Part shown: in pieces, positions 1-11,072 of the stretch
Position numbering within the stretch: the first letter of the stretch is position 1
Layout of the letters: every line of letters begins with the position of its first letter
Source: Sulfolobales archaeon
GTDB lineage: Archaea; Thermoproteota; Thermoprotei_A; Sulfolobales; NBVN01
Reading direction: 5' to 3'
NCBI GenBank assembly: GCA_038841535.1
Contig: JAWBTQ010000006.1
Coordinates: 12,300 to 76,299, forward strand
DNA: 64,000 nt
Position numbers and translations under genes: made by a program
Notes under the pieces: generated by a model
What the model saw: only the letters and a program-made list of their open reading frames with translations
The model's database searches: none
What the model was told of the DNA's origin: nothing

Positions 1-239
1 CTTAGCAACGCTACAAGCTCAAGAGACAGTCTTGGATTCAACACGAAGAGAGATAACTCAGCTACCGCTGTACACCCCCGATCTCCGCTATCTTCTATTG
101 TATATATTACGCTCTCTACAAGGCAGGGCCCATATTCCTTAGTTCCGCGCTATCTGGGATAGAGAAATACTCTTAATGGCGAGTGCAAGGCTAACCTCTT
201 CATAAGGAGGAAAGTCCCCTCAGAGTGGGGGAGTTTTGA

Positions 240-725
240 CTACTTGAACCTCAATCTTGACTTTATCCTAGCTAACGTCGTCTTAAGGTCTTCAGGCACT
301 ACTTTCGTTTCGGCAACTACCGGCATGAAGTTTGTATCACCCAACCACCTAGGCACTATGTGCACGTGTATATGAGCCTCCACACCAGCACCTGCTACTT
401 TTCCGATATTTACTCCTACGTTATAGCCGTCGGGCTTATATTCCTCGTCAATGGCCCTGATAACTTCCCTAGCGAGATTGAATAGATCCACAACTTCATG
501 GTCGTGAAGCATCTCTATTCTCGCAACGTGTCTTTTAGGTGCTATCATAACGTGAGCAGTGTTGTACGGATAGGCATTCAGCATCGCTAAACTGTAGTGT
601 GTGCGAAGTAAGACGAGGTTTTCTTCTTCGTCTTCTGATGCGGCAGCTTTACAGAACAAGCACACAGACGTTTCAGATGCTCTCCTTATGTAGCTCATCC
701 TCCAGGGCGCCCACAACACTCGCAC
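240..725 (-). CDS. HIT family nucleotide hydrolase (Ap4A hydrolase-like)
   Basis: N-terminal WAPWR, CxxC and histidine triad HIHVHIVPR. Confidence 0.92.
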   Translation of the reverse strand: MRVLWAPWRMSYIRRASETSVCLFCKAAASEDEEENLVLLRTHYSLAMLNAYPYNTAHVMIAPKRHVARIEMLHDHEVVDLFNLAREVIRAIDEEYKPDGYNVGVNIGKVAGAGVEAHIHVHIVPRWLGDTNFMPVVAETKVVPEDLKTTLARIKSRLRFK

Positions 726-808
726 TCGCAGTCCCCACTAGCCTAGGTTAACTAAGCTATAATAGTCCGTACTCTCAGGCTCTACTACGTAGCGCTAACT
801 CGCAGCAT

Positions 809-1531
809 CTAGGTGGAGAACACTAGTGCTTCAAGAAATGGTTCTACGGTTACGGCAATCACGTATGATAGAGCAATAAATACTATATGAGGCAGCGCGG
901 GAGAGTACACTACGTAATCTTCTAGCCCAATAAACCCCTCGCTTAAGGCTTCCTCTACATCGATTTTCTGTTTCCCGAAGTCTATATTAACATCGACAGA
1001 ACCACTGCATATGAAGCCTTCTTGAGATGGGTGTGTGTGAAGGAAGACGAACTTCTTTTTTAAAAAGCTTGCTACATCGGTCGGTCTACCTATAAGGTAG
1101 AGAACCTTCTTACTTCCCTGAACGCATTTAATACTGCCCATAGCATTTCTGTATATCGTCAGGTTTCCTACTAGGTTAACAAAAACTATTGGGAGAGGTA
1201 AGAGAGACGATAAAACGAACGTGAAAAGCGGAATTAGTGGCTCATCTAGGTGTGCCAGAGATACCGCTACTACCGCGATAAGGTCTGCCCCACCTATTAA
1301 TCCAAAAACAAATAGAACGCAATAAACTACCGGTGGCAGTATAGCTAGGATAGCTCCTAAGAGGGAGTAGCTCTCAATAGGTTTGAGTACTGCACTGAGT
1401 ATAACTAATGCGTAAACCGGTATCCAGCTTACCTCTGGTATCTCCCTATCTTTTAAGTCTCGGTACGATGCGTACGCAAGGGTAGTTACTAGAGCTACTA
1501 CTGCTAAACTCTCTACTATACTGGCAACCAA
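809..1531 (-). CDS. A24-family prepilin/prearchaellin peptidase-like membrane protein
   Basis: Hydrophobic; DLKDREI and GGAD aspartate motifs; downstream of radA. Confidence 0.75.
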   Translation of the reverse strand: MVASIVESLAVVALVTTLAYASYRDLKDREIPEVSWIPVYALVILSAVLKPIESYSLLGAILAILPPVVYCVLFVFGLIGGADLIAVVAVSLAHLDEPLIPLFTFVLSSLLPLPIVFVNLVGNLTIYRNAMGSIKCVQGSKKVLYLIGRPTDVASFLKKKFVFLHTHPSQEGFICSGSVDVNIDFGKQKIDVEEALSEGFIGLEDYVVYSPALPHIVFIALSYVIAVTVEPFLEALVFST

Positions 1532-1552
1532 CTTATATCTACTCTCCGCTCA

Positions 1553-2500
1553 CTACTCCTCTACGTCCTTAATTCCTTCTTCCGTAATAGCGAAGATAGC
1601 TTCACCCTCTGGTAAATGGGGTGCGTCAACAACTCTAGCGATCCTTCTGTTACCTCTAGACTTCCTCAGCTGAATTCTTACTCCCGGTGCGTGAGCTAGA
1701 ACATGCCCACCCACAGCCTGTGTTGGATCTCCATAGAATACGTCTGGTCTGGCCATTACTTGGTTTGTTACTACTATTGCTACTTCGTAGATGTCGGCAA
1801 CTCTAGATAGTTGGTGAAGGTGCCTATTCAGCTTTTGCTGTCTAACTGCTAAATTCTCCCTGCCTGGGTACTCAGCTCTGAAGTGTCCGGTTACAGAGTC
1901 AATTACTATTAGCCCTATGTTCTCCTTTGGTATTAAGTCCATTATCTCCTCGATTATTGCCATTTGGTGATCACTAGATATAGCCCTCACCCAATAGATA
2001 TTGGTCATGGTCCTCTCGGGATCTAGGCCCACGGATTTCGCCATGGCTTCTATTCTTTCCCATCTAAACGTTCCCTCAGAATCTACGAACACGGCTTTAG
2101 CTTCAAGCCCTCCCCTATCTCTCGGTAGCTGAACGTTCACGGAAAGCTGTAGACATAGCTGTGTCTTGCCTGTACCGTATTCACCGAAGAACTCAGTGAC
2201 AGTTCCTATTTCAACTCCTCCACCCAAGAGTTCGTCAAGTCTTTTAGACCCAGTCGTTATCTTGGGTAACATACCTTTTTCTTTCTTTAAATCGAGAGCC
2301 GTCTTTAGAGTTAGACCTAAGAGCTCTCGTGCCTTAGAAACGATCCTATGCGCTGTTGGAAGAGGAATTCCAGCTACACTTGCCAGCTCGCTTATGTTAG
2401 CTACAGCTATAGACTCGAGAGTTTTATATCCGGCTTCCTTTAGTTTAGTGAGGATTGTCGAAGAAATACCTAAGTCTTCGAGATTCTTCTTACTACTCAT
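1553..2500 (-). CDS. radA: DNA repair and recombination protein RadA
   Basis: Walker [37 protein letters not shown]; no intein. Confidence 0.97.
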   Translation of the reverse strand: MSSKKNLEDLGISSTILTKLKEAGYKTLESIAVANISELASVAGIPLPTAHRIVSKARELLGLTLKTALDLKKEKGMLPKITTGSKRLDELLGGGVEIGTVTEFFGEYGTGKTQLCLQLSVNVQLPRDRGGLEAKAVFVDSEGTFRWERIEAMAKSVGLDPERTMTNIYWVRAISSDHQMAIIEEIMDLIPKENIGLIVIDSVTGHFRAEYPGRENLAVRQQKLNRHLHQLSRVADIYEVAIVVTNQVMARPDVFYGDPTQAVGGHVLAHAPGVRIQLRKSRGNRRIARVVDAPHLPEGEAIFAITEEGIKDVEE

Positions 2501-2541
2501 ACCTCCCTCCTCATCTAAAGAGTTAGAAAGCTATTAAACGC

Positions 2542-3183
2542 TCATCTTTCAATACATGAAGCTCTCAGTAAGTCATAGACCTCTGGAACTACCTTAGATG
2601 TTTCCTCTAGCATTTGCTTAACTAGCTCTCTTATCTCCCACTGCGCCTTATCGGAGAGCCTAAGGCAGGCTATGTACAGTAGTTCCCGGAGGTTCACTGT
2701 CATGAGTACCTTGGTAGTAACTGCTTGAGGTAGTACATATCTTGCATCCTCGTAGGGGATGCCTGCTTCCACCATCTCTTTATAAAGCCTGAGAGCTTCT
2801 TCAACTACGTTTTTAAACTCCTCTTCGAAGTTTCTTAGCCTCACTGATTCAGGAACTATGTAGTCACCTTCAGCTTTAGCGTACCTCTGAGACTCTTGAG
2901 TATAGGAAGCCAGCCTATGTCTAACTAGTTGGTGAGACGTGACCCTAGATATACCCTCTATCAAGAAAGTGAACGACAGATGTTCTAGTACAGACGGAAA
3001 ACTAGTTGACTCCAAAATCCACCCACGTACGTCCTCCTCTGGGTAATCACTTAAGTAGTGCTGTAGAGTCTCCAGTGACAGCTTTCCCTGTGAGGTCTTA
3101 GCAGCTAGTACAACAATCCTTCGGGGGTCACCACTACGAGGTGAACTCCATGAGACCAGAGTAACCCTCAAAACCAATCCCAA
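2542..3183 (-). CDS. thyX: FAD-dependent thymidylate synthase
   Basis: ThyX motif RHRLASYTQESQRY, EDARYVLP, AQWEIR. Confidence 0.95.
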   Translation of the reverse strand: MGLVLRVTLVSWSSPRSGDPRRIVVLAAKTSQGKLSLETLQHYLSDYPEEDVRGWILESTSFPSVLEHLSFTFLIEGISRVTSHQLVRHRLASYTQESQRYAKAEGDYIVPESVRLRNFEEEFKNVVEEALRLYKEMVEAGIPYEDARYVLPQAVTTKVLMTVNLRELLYIACLRLSDKAQWEIRELVKQMLEETSKVVPEVYDLLRASCIER

Positions 3184-3654
3184 ACTTAGTGAAGAGCTTT
3201 TTCCTTAAAAGACAGAACCTTAAACACTAGGTTCTCGATATAGAGCTAGAGTAGTCACACCACCACACATCCCGTAGCTCTCGACATCTAGTCGTAGAAT
3301 TAGTTAAGTGCGTTGACCTAAATGAGAGAAAGATCCCAGAGCTAGCCTAGAGGTTGCGACGTCTTTAGCCGCTAGAGCTAACGTGTTGATGACGTGTTTG
3401 CTGAGCATAACGAGTTACTGAGAGAATAAGTCATTAGAAGGAGATGTCTCATAATACCATCGCACACGCAACTAGGTCTTTGCCAAACACTTCGTTAAAG
3501 CATTAGCGTAGTCCTCTTAGTGAGGTCCACGATCATAATCCAGCACTGCTTGAATGAGAGTGATTCATCGAGGTTAGTTGTTGGATTATACTCTAGTGAG
3601 GGGGAAGCGCAATCCTAGATTCCCATAGTCTTCGCTCTTAAGCTAGAAAGGGAG

Positions 3655-4527
3655 CTAATGCTTCATGCCTTCCCTAATTGTATACAGTGCGCCTAGTATA
3701 GTGATCGACATCCCTATGAGCACGTTCGAACTAACTTCTTGGGATAAGACTAACGACGCTAGAATCGTAGCTCCTGGTGCTTCCCCAAACCCTATGACAG
3801 TCGCTACGTAAGATTTCATGTACTTTACTAAGTAGTTTATAACTGTATGTCCACCAAGCATTGGTATTAGGGCTAATAACACGAGGTATATCCACATATT
3901 CAGCTCTACTGGCAGCACTGACTGATTCGTTGCCACAGAATAAGCAAATATGAAAATAGTGGAAGAACTATAGCAGACTACAGTATAGCTTGCTAAGCTA
4001 ATACCTCTCTTTCTTAAGTATCTACCTATGGTAAAGTAGGCTGCTGCGGTGATAGCACCAGTAAGCGCTAGAATTGAACCATAGAGAGCTCTCTCGACGA
4101 GATAGGGTTGCACAGCAATAACAGTACCGCAAAAAGCGATGAGGATTCCAAGAAGCTCCGACCACCTTGGTTTCGAGATCCTCAAAGCCGTTTCATACAG
4201 CATTGCTATCAATGGGTAGAGAACTACTATTGTTGTAGACAGTGATATTGGTATGTAAAATAAGGATTCCATCCACGTGAGAAAGTGGGTAGCTAAGAGA
4301 ATACCTGATAGTATTGATAGAGAAAAATACTTGATATCTCCCGGATGCAGGTTACTCGAACCTCTAGAGAGAGAATATAATGCTATCAGTAACGTCGCAA
4401 TAAAGAGCCTCCAAAAAGCACACGCTAGCGCCGTCGCCCCCGAGAGAACCACGATTACGGACGCGGAGGATATGCTAAGCCATGCCACTACGATAAGAGC
4501 GTACTGGACTGCTCTACTCAACATCAC
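3655..4527 (-). CDS. DMT/EamA family transporter
   Basis: About 10 hydrophobic segments in two repeats; AFWRL and LGGHT motifs. Confidence 0.85.
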   Translation of the reverse strand: MMLSRAVQYALIVVAWLSISSASVIVVLSGATALACAFWRLFIATLLIALYSLSRGSSNLHPGDIKYFSLSILSGILLATHFLTWMESLFYIPISLSTTIVVLYPLIAMLYETALRISKPRWSELLGILIAFCGTVIAVQPYLVERALYGSILALTGAITAAAYFTIGRYLRKRGISLASYTVVCYSSSTIFIFAYSVATNQSVLPVELNMWIYLVLLALIPMLGGHTVINYLVKYMKSYVATVIGFGEAPGATILASLVLSQEVSSNVLIGMSITILGALYTIREGMKH

Positions 4528-5000
4528 CTACCGAGAAAAGTGTACTCCAATACTCCTAAAAACTTAAGTAGAACACCTTAATGATGTCGCCTTATTAAGG
4601 CATTCAACTCCTCCAGGTGTTAGAAACCTCAAGAAGGAACTACAAGAACGGGAGCTCAGTTACTAGTAATCGGCTCCTAATTCGATTAGCGCCGTTTAGA
4701 TGACTCATAGGACTTATTCCTAAAGAAAAGCCAGCACGAAAGGTAAGTATTAGAGCGCTGCACTAACATCGACTAACCAACAGAACTGGCTGAAAACGAA
4801 ACCCAGAAGTAGAAATGGAAGCAACCTTACTCGCAGTACGAATGCGTTGCGAAGATGTTGACAACTGGGAGAGTTTATTCAAGATGCGAGTCTCAACTGT
4901 AAATTAGAGAACTCTATGTAGTAGCTGTGGGTAGAGACAACCTTGACGTTAGGGTTATCGAAATTCGTTCAGTATGAAGCTTAAATACTAGATCCCGTCT

Positions 5001-5483
5001 ATGAGAAGGAGTGGTACTAGTAATTTCGTGTGTTATTTAATAAAATTTAATAGGTTGGTGGGACTACAGTTATTGGGTAAGAATTCGGTGTCGAAAAATC
5101 CTGACAGGCGAGAATTTTACCCAAAGAGAGAATTTAGGGATAGAGAGCTAGCTGAGCCAAAGCCTTTAGGCAATATGTGTAATAACCTCTGTCCACTGTT
5201 CAAATGCGCTAAAAACGCCTTAGTCTTCTCCACGAAAGTCGTAAAAGGCTACACTCAGAAAGTAGCTATGTGTAGACTAACTGGAGACCAGTGTATTGGA
5301 TATGGTTGCCAATTTGCTTACTGCGATAGAAAGGCACTTCTACCAAACGGTAACTGTGCCTTTACTGTAAAGTTTAAAGATGGTGAGGACTTCTTTAACG
5401 AGCTCGAGAAAGAGGAGCTGAAGCTTTCAACAAAAAGTAGACTTGTGAAAAGGTACAGCAAAAAAGACATCTTTGTGGAATAA
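5001..5483 (+). CDS. Cys-rich hypothetical protein (possible metal binding); real start probably TTG 5073 or later
   Basis: Eight Cys (CNNLCPLFKC...CRLTGDQCIGYGCQFAYC...GNC); GGTGGG RBS-like motif before 5073. Confidence 0.6.
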   Translation: MRRSGTSNFVCYLIKFNRLVGLQLLGKNSVSKNPDRREFYPKREFRDRELAEPKPLGNMCNNLCPLFKCAKNALVFSTKVVKGYTQKVAMCRLTGDQCIGYGCQFAYCDRKALLPNGNCAFTVKFKDGEDFFNELEKEELKLSTKSRLVKRYSKKDIFVE

Positions 5484-5501
5484 CATTCGTTCGGGACCCC
5501 T

Positions 5502-6653
5502 GTGTCTCGAGAGGAAGGCCTTTACGAAAAAGAGCCACCGATCCCCCCAAACGAGTATGTGAGAATCAGGCATACGGTGATTAGAGAGTTTGTTAGTAAG
5601 ATCTTCGTCGCTGCCGGATTATCCAGTAGCGACTCGTGGATAGTAGCCGACGTGTTGGTTACTGCCGATCTAATGGGGATCTCCAGTCACGGCATTCAGC
5701 GAGTACGGAGGTACGTTGATGGACTACTTCACTGCTGTGTTAACCCAAAACCGAAAATGAGAGTAGTGAGAGACTTTGGTGCTACGGCTCTAATAGATGC
5801 TGACAACGGCTTAGGGCATATAGCCGGAGTGAAGGCTGTAGAAGTGGCTGTGGAAAAAGCTAAGAAATACGGTATCTCGCTAGTACTCGTCAAAAATAGC
5901 CATCACTACGGAATAGCGGGCTACTATTCCCTTAGGGCTGTTGAAAGAGGATTAATTGGTGTATCAACAACAAACTCTGAGAAACTCGTGGCGTACGTTA
6001 ACACCACTACTAGAAGTCTGGGAACAAACCCTATAGCAGTGGGTATCCCTAGAAGAGTTCCCCCGCCAATACTTTTCGATGCAGCAACTTCTGTGGTTCC
6101 GGTCGGAAGAATAGAGGTATATGCTAAGTTAGGAAAGAAAGTCCCAGACGGTTGGGTAATAGACCATGAAGGTAGAATGCTTAACGGCGATGCTACTAAA
6201 ATACTCTCGGAAATAAAGGCTGGTAGGGCATCAATCCTCCCACTGGGGGGATTAGGAGAGGAGTTCGGTGGGCATAAAGGCTCTGGTTTAGCTTTTATAA
6301 TAGACGTGATCTCGGGAGTGCTTTCTGGGGCCGCATGGGGTCTCCACGTTAAGTATACTACTGATGTAGCACCGGCAAACGTTGGGCACTCTTTTGCCGC
6401 TATCGATATTGACGCATTTATGCCTAGAGAGGAATTCTATGAACGAATAGAAAGCTACATCAACGAACTCAAGTCATTAAAGAAGCACCCAAGTGCTGAC
6501 AGAATATGGATTCCCGGGGAGAAAGCCTGGAGTACCATGATGACTAGGCTACAGATAGGAGTACCAGTTCATATCAAAGTTTGCGAAGAGCTTAACCTTC
6601 TAGCTGGAAACTTGGGTATTAGTGAGAGACTGTGTGATATAAGTAAAAGCTAA
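5502..6653 (+). CDS. Ldh_2-family (malate/L-sulfolactate dehydrogenase-type) oxidoreductase
   Basis: SHG, HYGIAGYY, GTNPIA, DAATS, GGHKGSGL and IPGE motifs. Confidence 0.9.
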   Translation: MSREEGLYEKEPPIPPNEYVRIRHTVIREFVSKIFVAAGLSSSDSWIVADVLVTADLMGISSHGIQRVRRYVDGLLHCCVNPKPKMRVVRDFGATALIDADNGLGHIAGVKAVEVAVEKAKKYGISLVLVKNSHHYGIAGYYSLRAVERGLIGVSTTNSEKLVAYVNTTTRSLGTNPIAVGIPRRVPPPILFDAATSVVPVGRIEVYAKLGKKVPDGWVIDHEGRMLNGDATKILSEIKAGRASILPLGGLGEEFGGHKGSGLAFIIDVISGVLSGAAWGLHVKYTTDVAPANVGHSFAAIDIDAFMPREEFYERIESYINELKSLKKHPSADRIWIPGEKAWSTMMTRLQIGVPVHIKVCEELNLLAGNLGISERLCDISKS

Positions 6654-6729
6654 GCTTTCACACCCGAGACATGGGGAGATTCGTTCTTGCTAGCTGCCTA
6701 CCACTACTTGTTAGTTGTTATTAGAGAGC

Positions 6730-7929
6730 TTAGGACCTAATATCATCAAAAGTTAGTATTACGATACCAGTAGGTTTCTTGCTTATAGCTCCTATCCTAG
6801 CACCAATCAACATATTAACACCTTTAGCTGAAGCTATGTCTAGCAGTCTCTGAGTTATGACGCCGTCCATGACTACTGCGTAAGCATCCTTAATCTCATC
6901 ACTAATGAGCTTGTCTACTAAGTCTTTTACTGGTACCCTCAAAGTTTCGTTCCAATTCTTATCGTACACTACACTCTCTAGAGTACCTCTTAAGGATTCC
7001 ACGGTTTTTATTAGTGATTCGGGAACAGTTATTTCGCTGATTGCTTCTGCCTCCGGAACTGTGACGGCTGGGAGCGCTTTGATTTCCTCCTCCACTCTTT
7101 CAGCAGCTTCTTTCGCAATATGCTGCAAGTATGCCTCTAAAGGTGTTGCGTTTTTTAAAGCTTTAGCTATCTCTTTTCCAGTCAGCTCCTCAACTTCCCT
7201 ACCTGGTGGAGCTCTGGCCACCATGTCTATTTTAGCTACACGTGCTAACTCCTTGAGGATCATGTCACCAGCTCTATCGCCATCAAGAAACGCTATAGTC
7301 TTTTTAGATTGAGATAACCTTATTATGGTCTCTGGGATCTCGCCCTTAGCGCCCTCAAGTGCAACGACGTTTTTATAGCCATACTTAAGGAGGTTTATGA
7401 CGTCAGCTCTTCCTTCAACTACTACTAAGGTGTCGGATTTTTCGACATCGGGTCCTGCTGGAAGTCTTTCCGGTCCGTAATATATCAACTCAGCGGTCTT
7501 AACCGAGGATTCTATCTCTTGGAGTACCTCTTTAACGTCTACTTCCTTTTCCTTGATCATAGTTTGCATTATTTCCTTAGCTCGCTCGACAATTCTCTTG
7601 ATCTTCTCTTTTCGTACGTCAACTATGTCTACTACCTTAATCTTAGCGTTAAAAGGACCAACTTTATCTACGAACTCGAGCATTGCTGCTACAAGAGCTG
7701 TCTCAACTCGGTCTAAGTTTGAGGGAAGAAGTATCTCTCCAACAATCTTAGACCCCTGCTGCTTCGTCTCGACAGAGATCCTGCCAATCCTCCCTTTCTC
7801 CTGCAGATCCCTAAGGTCCAGCTCGGAACCAAACAGTCCCTCAGTTTGACCAAAGATAGCTCCTATGATGTCGTGCTTATCTACTACACCATCTACCTCC
7901 ACTTTAGCCCTCACTACATACTTTACCAT
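6730..7929 (-). CDS. dnaG: Archaeal DnaG (TOPRIM, exosome-associated)
   Basis: GAIFGQTEGLFG, VVEGRADV, DGDRAG. Confidence 0.96.
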   Translation of the reverse strand: MVKYVVRAKVEVDGVVDKHDIIGAIFGQTEGLFGSELDLRDLQEKGRIGRISVETKQQGSKIVGEILLPSNLDRVETALVAAMLEFVDKVGPFNAKIKVVDIVDVRKEKIKRIVERAKEIMQTMIKEKEVDVKEVLQEIESSVKTAELIYYGPERLPAGPDVEKSDTLVVVEGRADVINLLKYGYKNVVALEGAKGEIPETIIRLSQSKKTIAFLDGDRAGDMILKELARVAKIDMVARAPPGREVEELTGKEIAKALKNATPLEAYLQHIAKEAAERVEEEIKALPAVTVPEAEAISEITVPESLIKTVESLRGTLESVVYDKNWNETLRVPVKDLVDKLISDEIKDAYAVVMDGVITQRLLDIASAKGVNMLIGARIGAISKKPTGIVILTFDDIRS

Positions 7930-7986
7930 TAGGTTAGCACCCAGTCTAACTGTTACTTATCACTACGATAACATTCTGCTAGCTAG

Positions 7987-8547
7987 TTAAAAGTGCGTTG
8001 TATTGATTGAACTACGAGTTTTCGCCCCCAGAGTCGAGAAAGGAAGTCGTTTGTTACGTGAGCGGTCGAAGAACTTGAATTCGATCTCTCCGCTTCTAGT
8101 AACACACCAAACGAAATCTCCCTCGGTCTTAAGAAGCCTCACTGCTAACTCCTTAACATACTCGAGATCCGTACGACTTACCGCTAACTTAGAACCAGAC
8201 TCAGAACATACTATCTTCTGCAGACCGTACCTACACCTCAGCTCTCCCTGGCAATAAACACACTGAACATCGATATAACCCGGTAATAACCCTATGTAGT
8301 AACCCTGGGAGGCCTCAAAGTAAGAGCAACCTTGGGGAAACTGGTTCGGAAGACCTTCAGAGATTTTAACACCACTAAATAGACACTCCCAGGGTTCCTC
8401 CTCTACCTCGGTTTCGCAAAGACGTTTGATTAAGTCTACTATTGATCTGTTTACGCATGTCTCTACGTAAGTAAAAGCTATAGTTCCAGAACTACAGTAA
8501 CTTATTACTACATTAGCCACATTACTCGCTTGTTCCTGAGGACTCAT
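7987..8547 (-). CDS. Hypothetical Cys-rich protein
   Basis: 186-aa ORF co-oriented with dnaG; no recognised motif. Confidence 0.5.
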   Translation of the reverse strand: MSPQEQASNVANVVISYCSSGTIAFTYVETCVNRSIVDLIKRLCETEVEEEPWECLFSGVKISEGLPNQFPQGCSYFEASQGYYIGLLPGYIDVQCVYCQGELRCRYGLQKIVCSESGSKLAVSRTDLEYVKELAVRLLKTEGDFVWCVTRSGEIEFKFFDRSRNKRLPFSTLGAKTRSSINTTHF

Positions 8548-9056
8548 TACTGTTGTACCTCACTTTCTTGAGTCCAAGTACATCCACATCACCTACGTGT
8601 TAGGGGAAATATCTATTTGTTTGAGTATAGCTCAGTCAGTTTTGTAGATATTTTATGTAGGCGAGGGATTTGGGAAACTCTACGGTGGTTATGTGGAAAT
8701 ACTTAAAGTGTTTAAGAGAACGGACCGCGTCTCAAGGTGTAGTCCACGCGTCGTTAAGCTCGATTAGCGTCAATGACCTCTGTGTAGAGTAGCTAGCAGC
8801 TACGGTAAACTGTAAGATCGAAATACACCCCGTCCTAGCGGAACCTATAGACATAGAGAGGAGAAAAAGTCGTAAGTGGTAGCCGAATTCGGCTAGAGTA
8901 AGGCTCTTATTACTAATCACTAACCTTAGTTCTGAGTAAGTTAAGCTTTATCACTAAAACAAGATATGGCAGAAAATTACTAAACTAATGCACCTACTAA
9001 CATATGCCTTAAGCAACTGTTCCGGGTTTCGTGATGGTTTGTGTTGCTTAATAGAT

Positions 9057-9287
9057 GCTGCGGAAACTCTTATGAGTGCTTCCGCATGGATTAGTGTAGA
9101 GGCTACTCAATGAGGGAGCGGGAGCCACGTAGATGAGGTGCGGGCTCTCCCCGAGGGCAACCACCAGATGTGGGGTGCCCGGGGTTACCCTGAACGTCCT
9201 CAAGCCCGATGAGGTCCCGAGCGGAATGCGGGGGAACAGAGATAGGGCAATGAAATAGATCCATATAAACCATCATGAGAGCTGAAC
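9057..9287 (+). mobile_element. Internally deleted IS200/IS605 (tnpB-type) mini-element, copy 1, with omega-RNA-like 3' region
   Basis: Homologous to 60106-60344; left hairpin TGCGGAA/TTCCGCA; degenerate reading ...GAGS(P)EG-TTRCGVPGVTLNVLKPDEVPSGMRGNRDRAMK resembles crenarchaeal TnpB termini (from recall); ends in CTGAAC. Confidence 0.6.
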
Positions 9288-9545
9288 CTCTGAAGACACC
9301 TGAACCTATTCTACACTTAAGAAGAGTTCTTTAGTAAGCTGGATGCCTGGAGTTAGTGCTTTTAACTCGAAAACTCCGGTAGAGCTATAGCGAGCTAATC
9401 CCGGGGGGCTTAAAGTGGTGGGCTAAGCTTAGGATCTCTAATCATTTAATAGCCTCAAGAGCGATCTACCTCTATGTTGCTAGCTGGGACTCTGCTTCTT
9501 TTAGATTAAATTGAGCGCTTAGGCTATAGATACGGGTTCAACTCC

Positions 9546-10388
9546 TTGAAAAAGGTGGTAGTAGCCTATAGCACCTTAGATGTGGCTGGTCGCGGTATTG
9601 CAACGAAATTAGCTAATTTAGCTGGTTGCCGAAACACTACCGTGAGAGAGATTCCCGAAGCTTGTATTGCTGAAATAGGTGATAGTGAAGTAGTAATCGC
9701 AGGGTTTAATGAGGATGTGCTGTATTTTAACTTCTTGGATGAATTACTTGAAGCCAGTTACTATGTTATAGTATCAAGGCATAGCGCTACCTCAGGAATA
9801 AAGTCTCTCACTGTTCACCACACCGGAAATCCATCAAATAAAGCCGAGTACGGGGGTAGACCACGGGAGCTAGCTATAGCTAATCCACCAATAGCATTTT
9901 CGATACTGAAAGAACTAAGCAAGCTATCTATAAGCCACAGAATCGAGGACACTGAAATAACCTATGAAGTCACTCATCACGGACCAACAGAGGTTAGAAA
10001 GCCTCTGACTTTTGCCGAAATAGGTTCCTCGATTAATGAGTGGTCGAACGAGCTATACCAGGAAGTTCTAGCTAAGGCCGTTTATAGAGCTATTGCTGAA
10101 CCTCAGTCTATCTGCACTTCCTCAGTAGGTATAGGGGGAGGTCACTACGCACACCAGTTCACTCAGAGAGCTTTTAATCAAAGCGAGTGCTACGGCCACA
10201 TAATATCGAGACACGCTATAAAAGACCTCCGAGAGTCCCCAGAGTTATTGGAGTCTATACTGAGGCAAGCCATAGTGAGGTCGAGTACTCAAACCAGGAG
10301 GATCGTTTTAGAAGGAAAGGTGCCGGGATACGTAAAGCAGGTTGCTAACTCTATCGCGGGCGATTACGGCTTAGATGTTACTGAATAG
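9546..10388 (+). CDS. dtdA: D-aminoacyl-tRNA deacylase (archaeal DTD2)
   Basis: SRHS, LTVHHTGN, EVTHHGPT, EIGS, GIGGGHYA. Confidence 0.93.
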   Translation: MKKVVVAYSTLDVAGRGIATKLANLAGCRNTTVREIPEACIAEIGDSEVVIAGFNEDVLYFNFLDELLEASYYVIVSRHSATSGIKSLTVHHTGNPSNKAEYGGRPRELAIANPPIAFSILKELSKLSISHRIEDTEITYEVTHHGPTEVRKPLTFAEIGSSINEWSNELYQEVLAKAVYRAIAEPQSICTSSVGIGGGHYAHQFTQRAFNQSECYGHIISRHAIKDLRESPELLESILRQAIVRSSTQTRRIVLEGKVPGYVKQVANSIAGDYGLDVTE

Positions 10389-10427
10389 CAAAGCTATTAC
10401 CTCGTAAAAAACAACATACTGGTAGCA

Positions 10428-11072
10428 GTGTCGATGAGTAAGGAATCGATGTGGGGTGAAATAAGAGCAGAGATCTCTGTGTGCGTTAAGTGCTCACTAT
10501 CTAGATCAAGAACTAGAGTTGTCCCAGGTGAAGGAAATCTCTTCTCTAATGTGATGCTCTTAGGAGAAGCGCCCGGGAGAAACGAGGACGAAGAGGGGAG
10601 GCCGTTCGTAGGAGCTGCTGGCAGACTCCTCGATAAACTAATTGAAGGAGCAGGCTTTAAACGCGAGGACCTATTTATAACTAACGTAGTTAAATGTAGA
10701 CCTCCAAACAACAGGGAACCCAAGCTAGATGAGCTAGTGACATGCTCGTACTTTACTGACAGAATAATCGCAATAGTTGATCCCAGAACTATCGTTGCGC
10801 TCGGCAATTATGCTGGCTACTACCTATTCGAGCTTAAAGGAGGTACCAAGTGGGCAGGTGTTACAAAAACGAGAGGTAGAGTATACAGGCTACCTATTCT
10901 TGGAGCTCAAAGAGCAGTGATACCAACGTATCATCCCGCTGCTGCTCTATACAACCCGCAACTATACGAAGCTATCCGAGCAGACTTCGAGTTACTTAAA
11001 ACTGTGGCGAGTGTAGGTAAAGGTTTAGAAGGATTACTTAAGTTCACTAAAAGTCGTGGTGGAGTGAGTTGA
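10428..11072 (+). CDS. udg: Uracil-DNA glycosylase family 4 (4Fe-4S)
   Basis: CxxC, GEAPG, PFVGAAG, NVVKCRPPNNR, YHPAA. Confidence 0.95.
   Translation: MSMSKESMWGEIRAEISVCVKCSLSRSRTRVVPGEGNLFSNVMLLGEAPGRNEDEEGRPFVGAAGRLLDKLIEGAGFKREDLFITNVVKCRPPNNREPKLDELVTCSYFTDRIIAIVDPRTIVALGNYAGYYLFELKGGTKWAGVTKTRGRVYRLPILGAQRAVIPTYHPAAALYNPQLYEAIRADFELLKTVASVGKGLEGLLKFTKSRGGVS

Noticed and set aside
1-203. Minus-strand frame ATG(203)...TAG...open to window start, suggesting stop readthrough
   Set aside because: No recognisable protein on either side of the TAG; a later GTG/TTG start explains it equally well.
207-217. GAGGAAAGTCC, the RNase P RNA P4 5' motif
   Set aside because: No matching 3' P4 motif was found downstream, and the following sequence is the antisense of the HIT gene.
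3386-3421. TTGATGA followed by two CTGA
   Set aside because: Spacers are too short and there is no C' box.
9110-9240. H/ACA or K-turn RNA interpretation (AGATGA...CTGA, terminal ACA)
   Set aside because: The K-turn boxes and ACA are not conserved in the homologous copy at 60106-60344; the tnpB-remnant model explains both copies.
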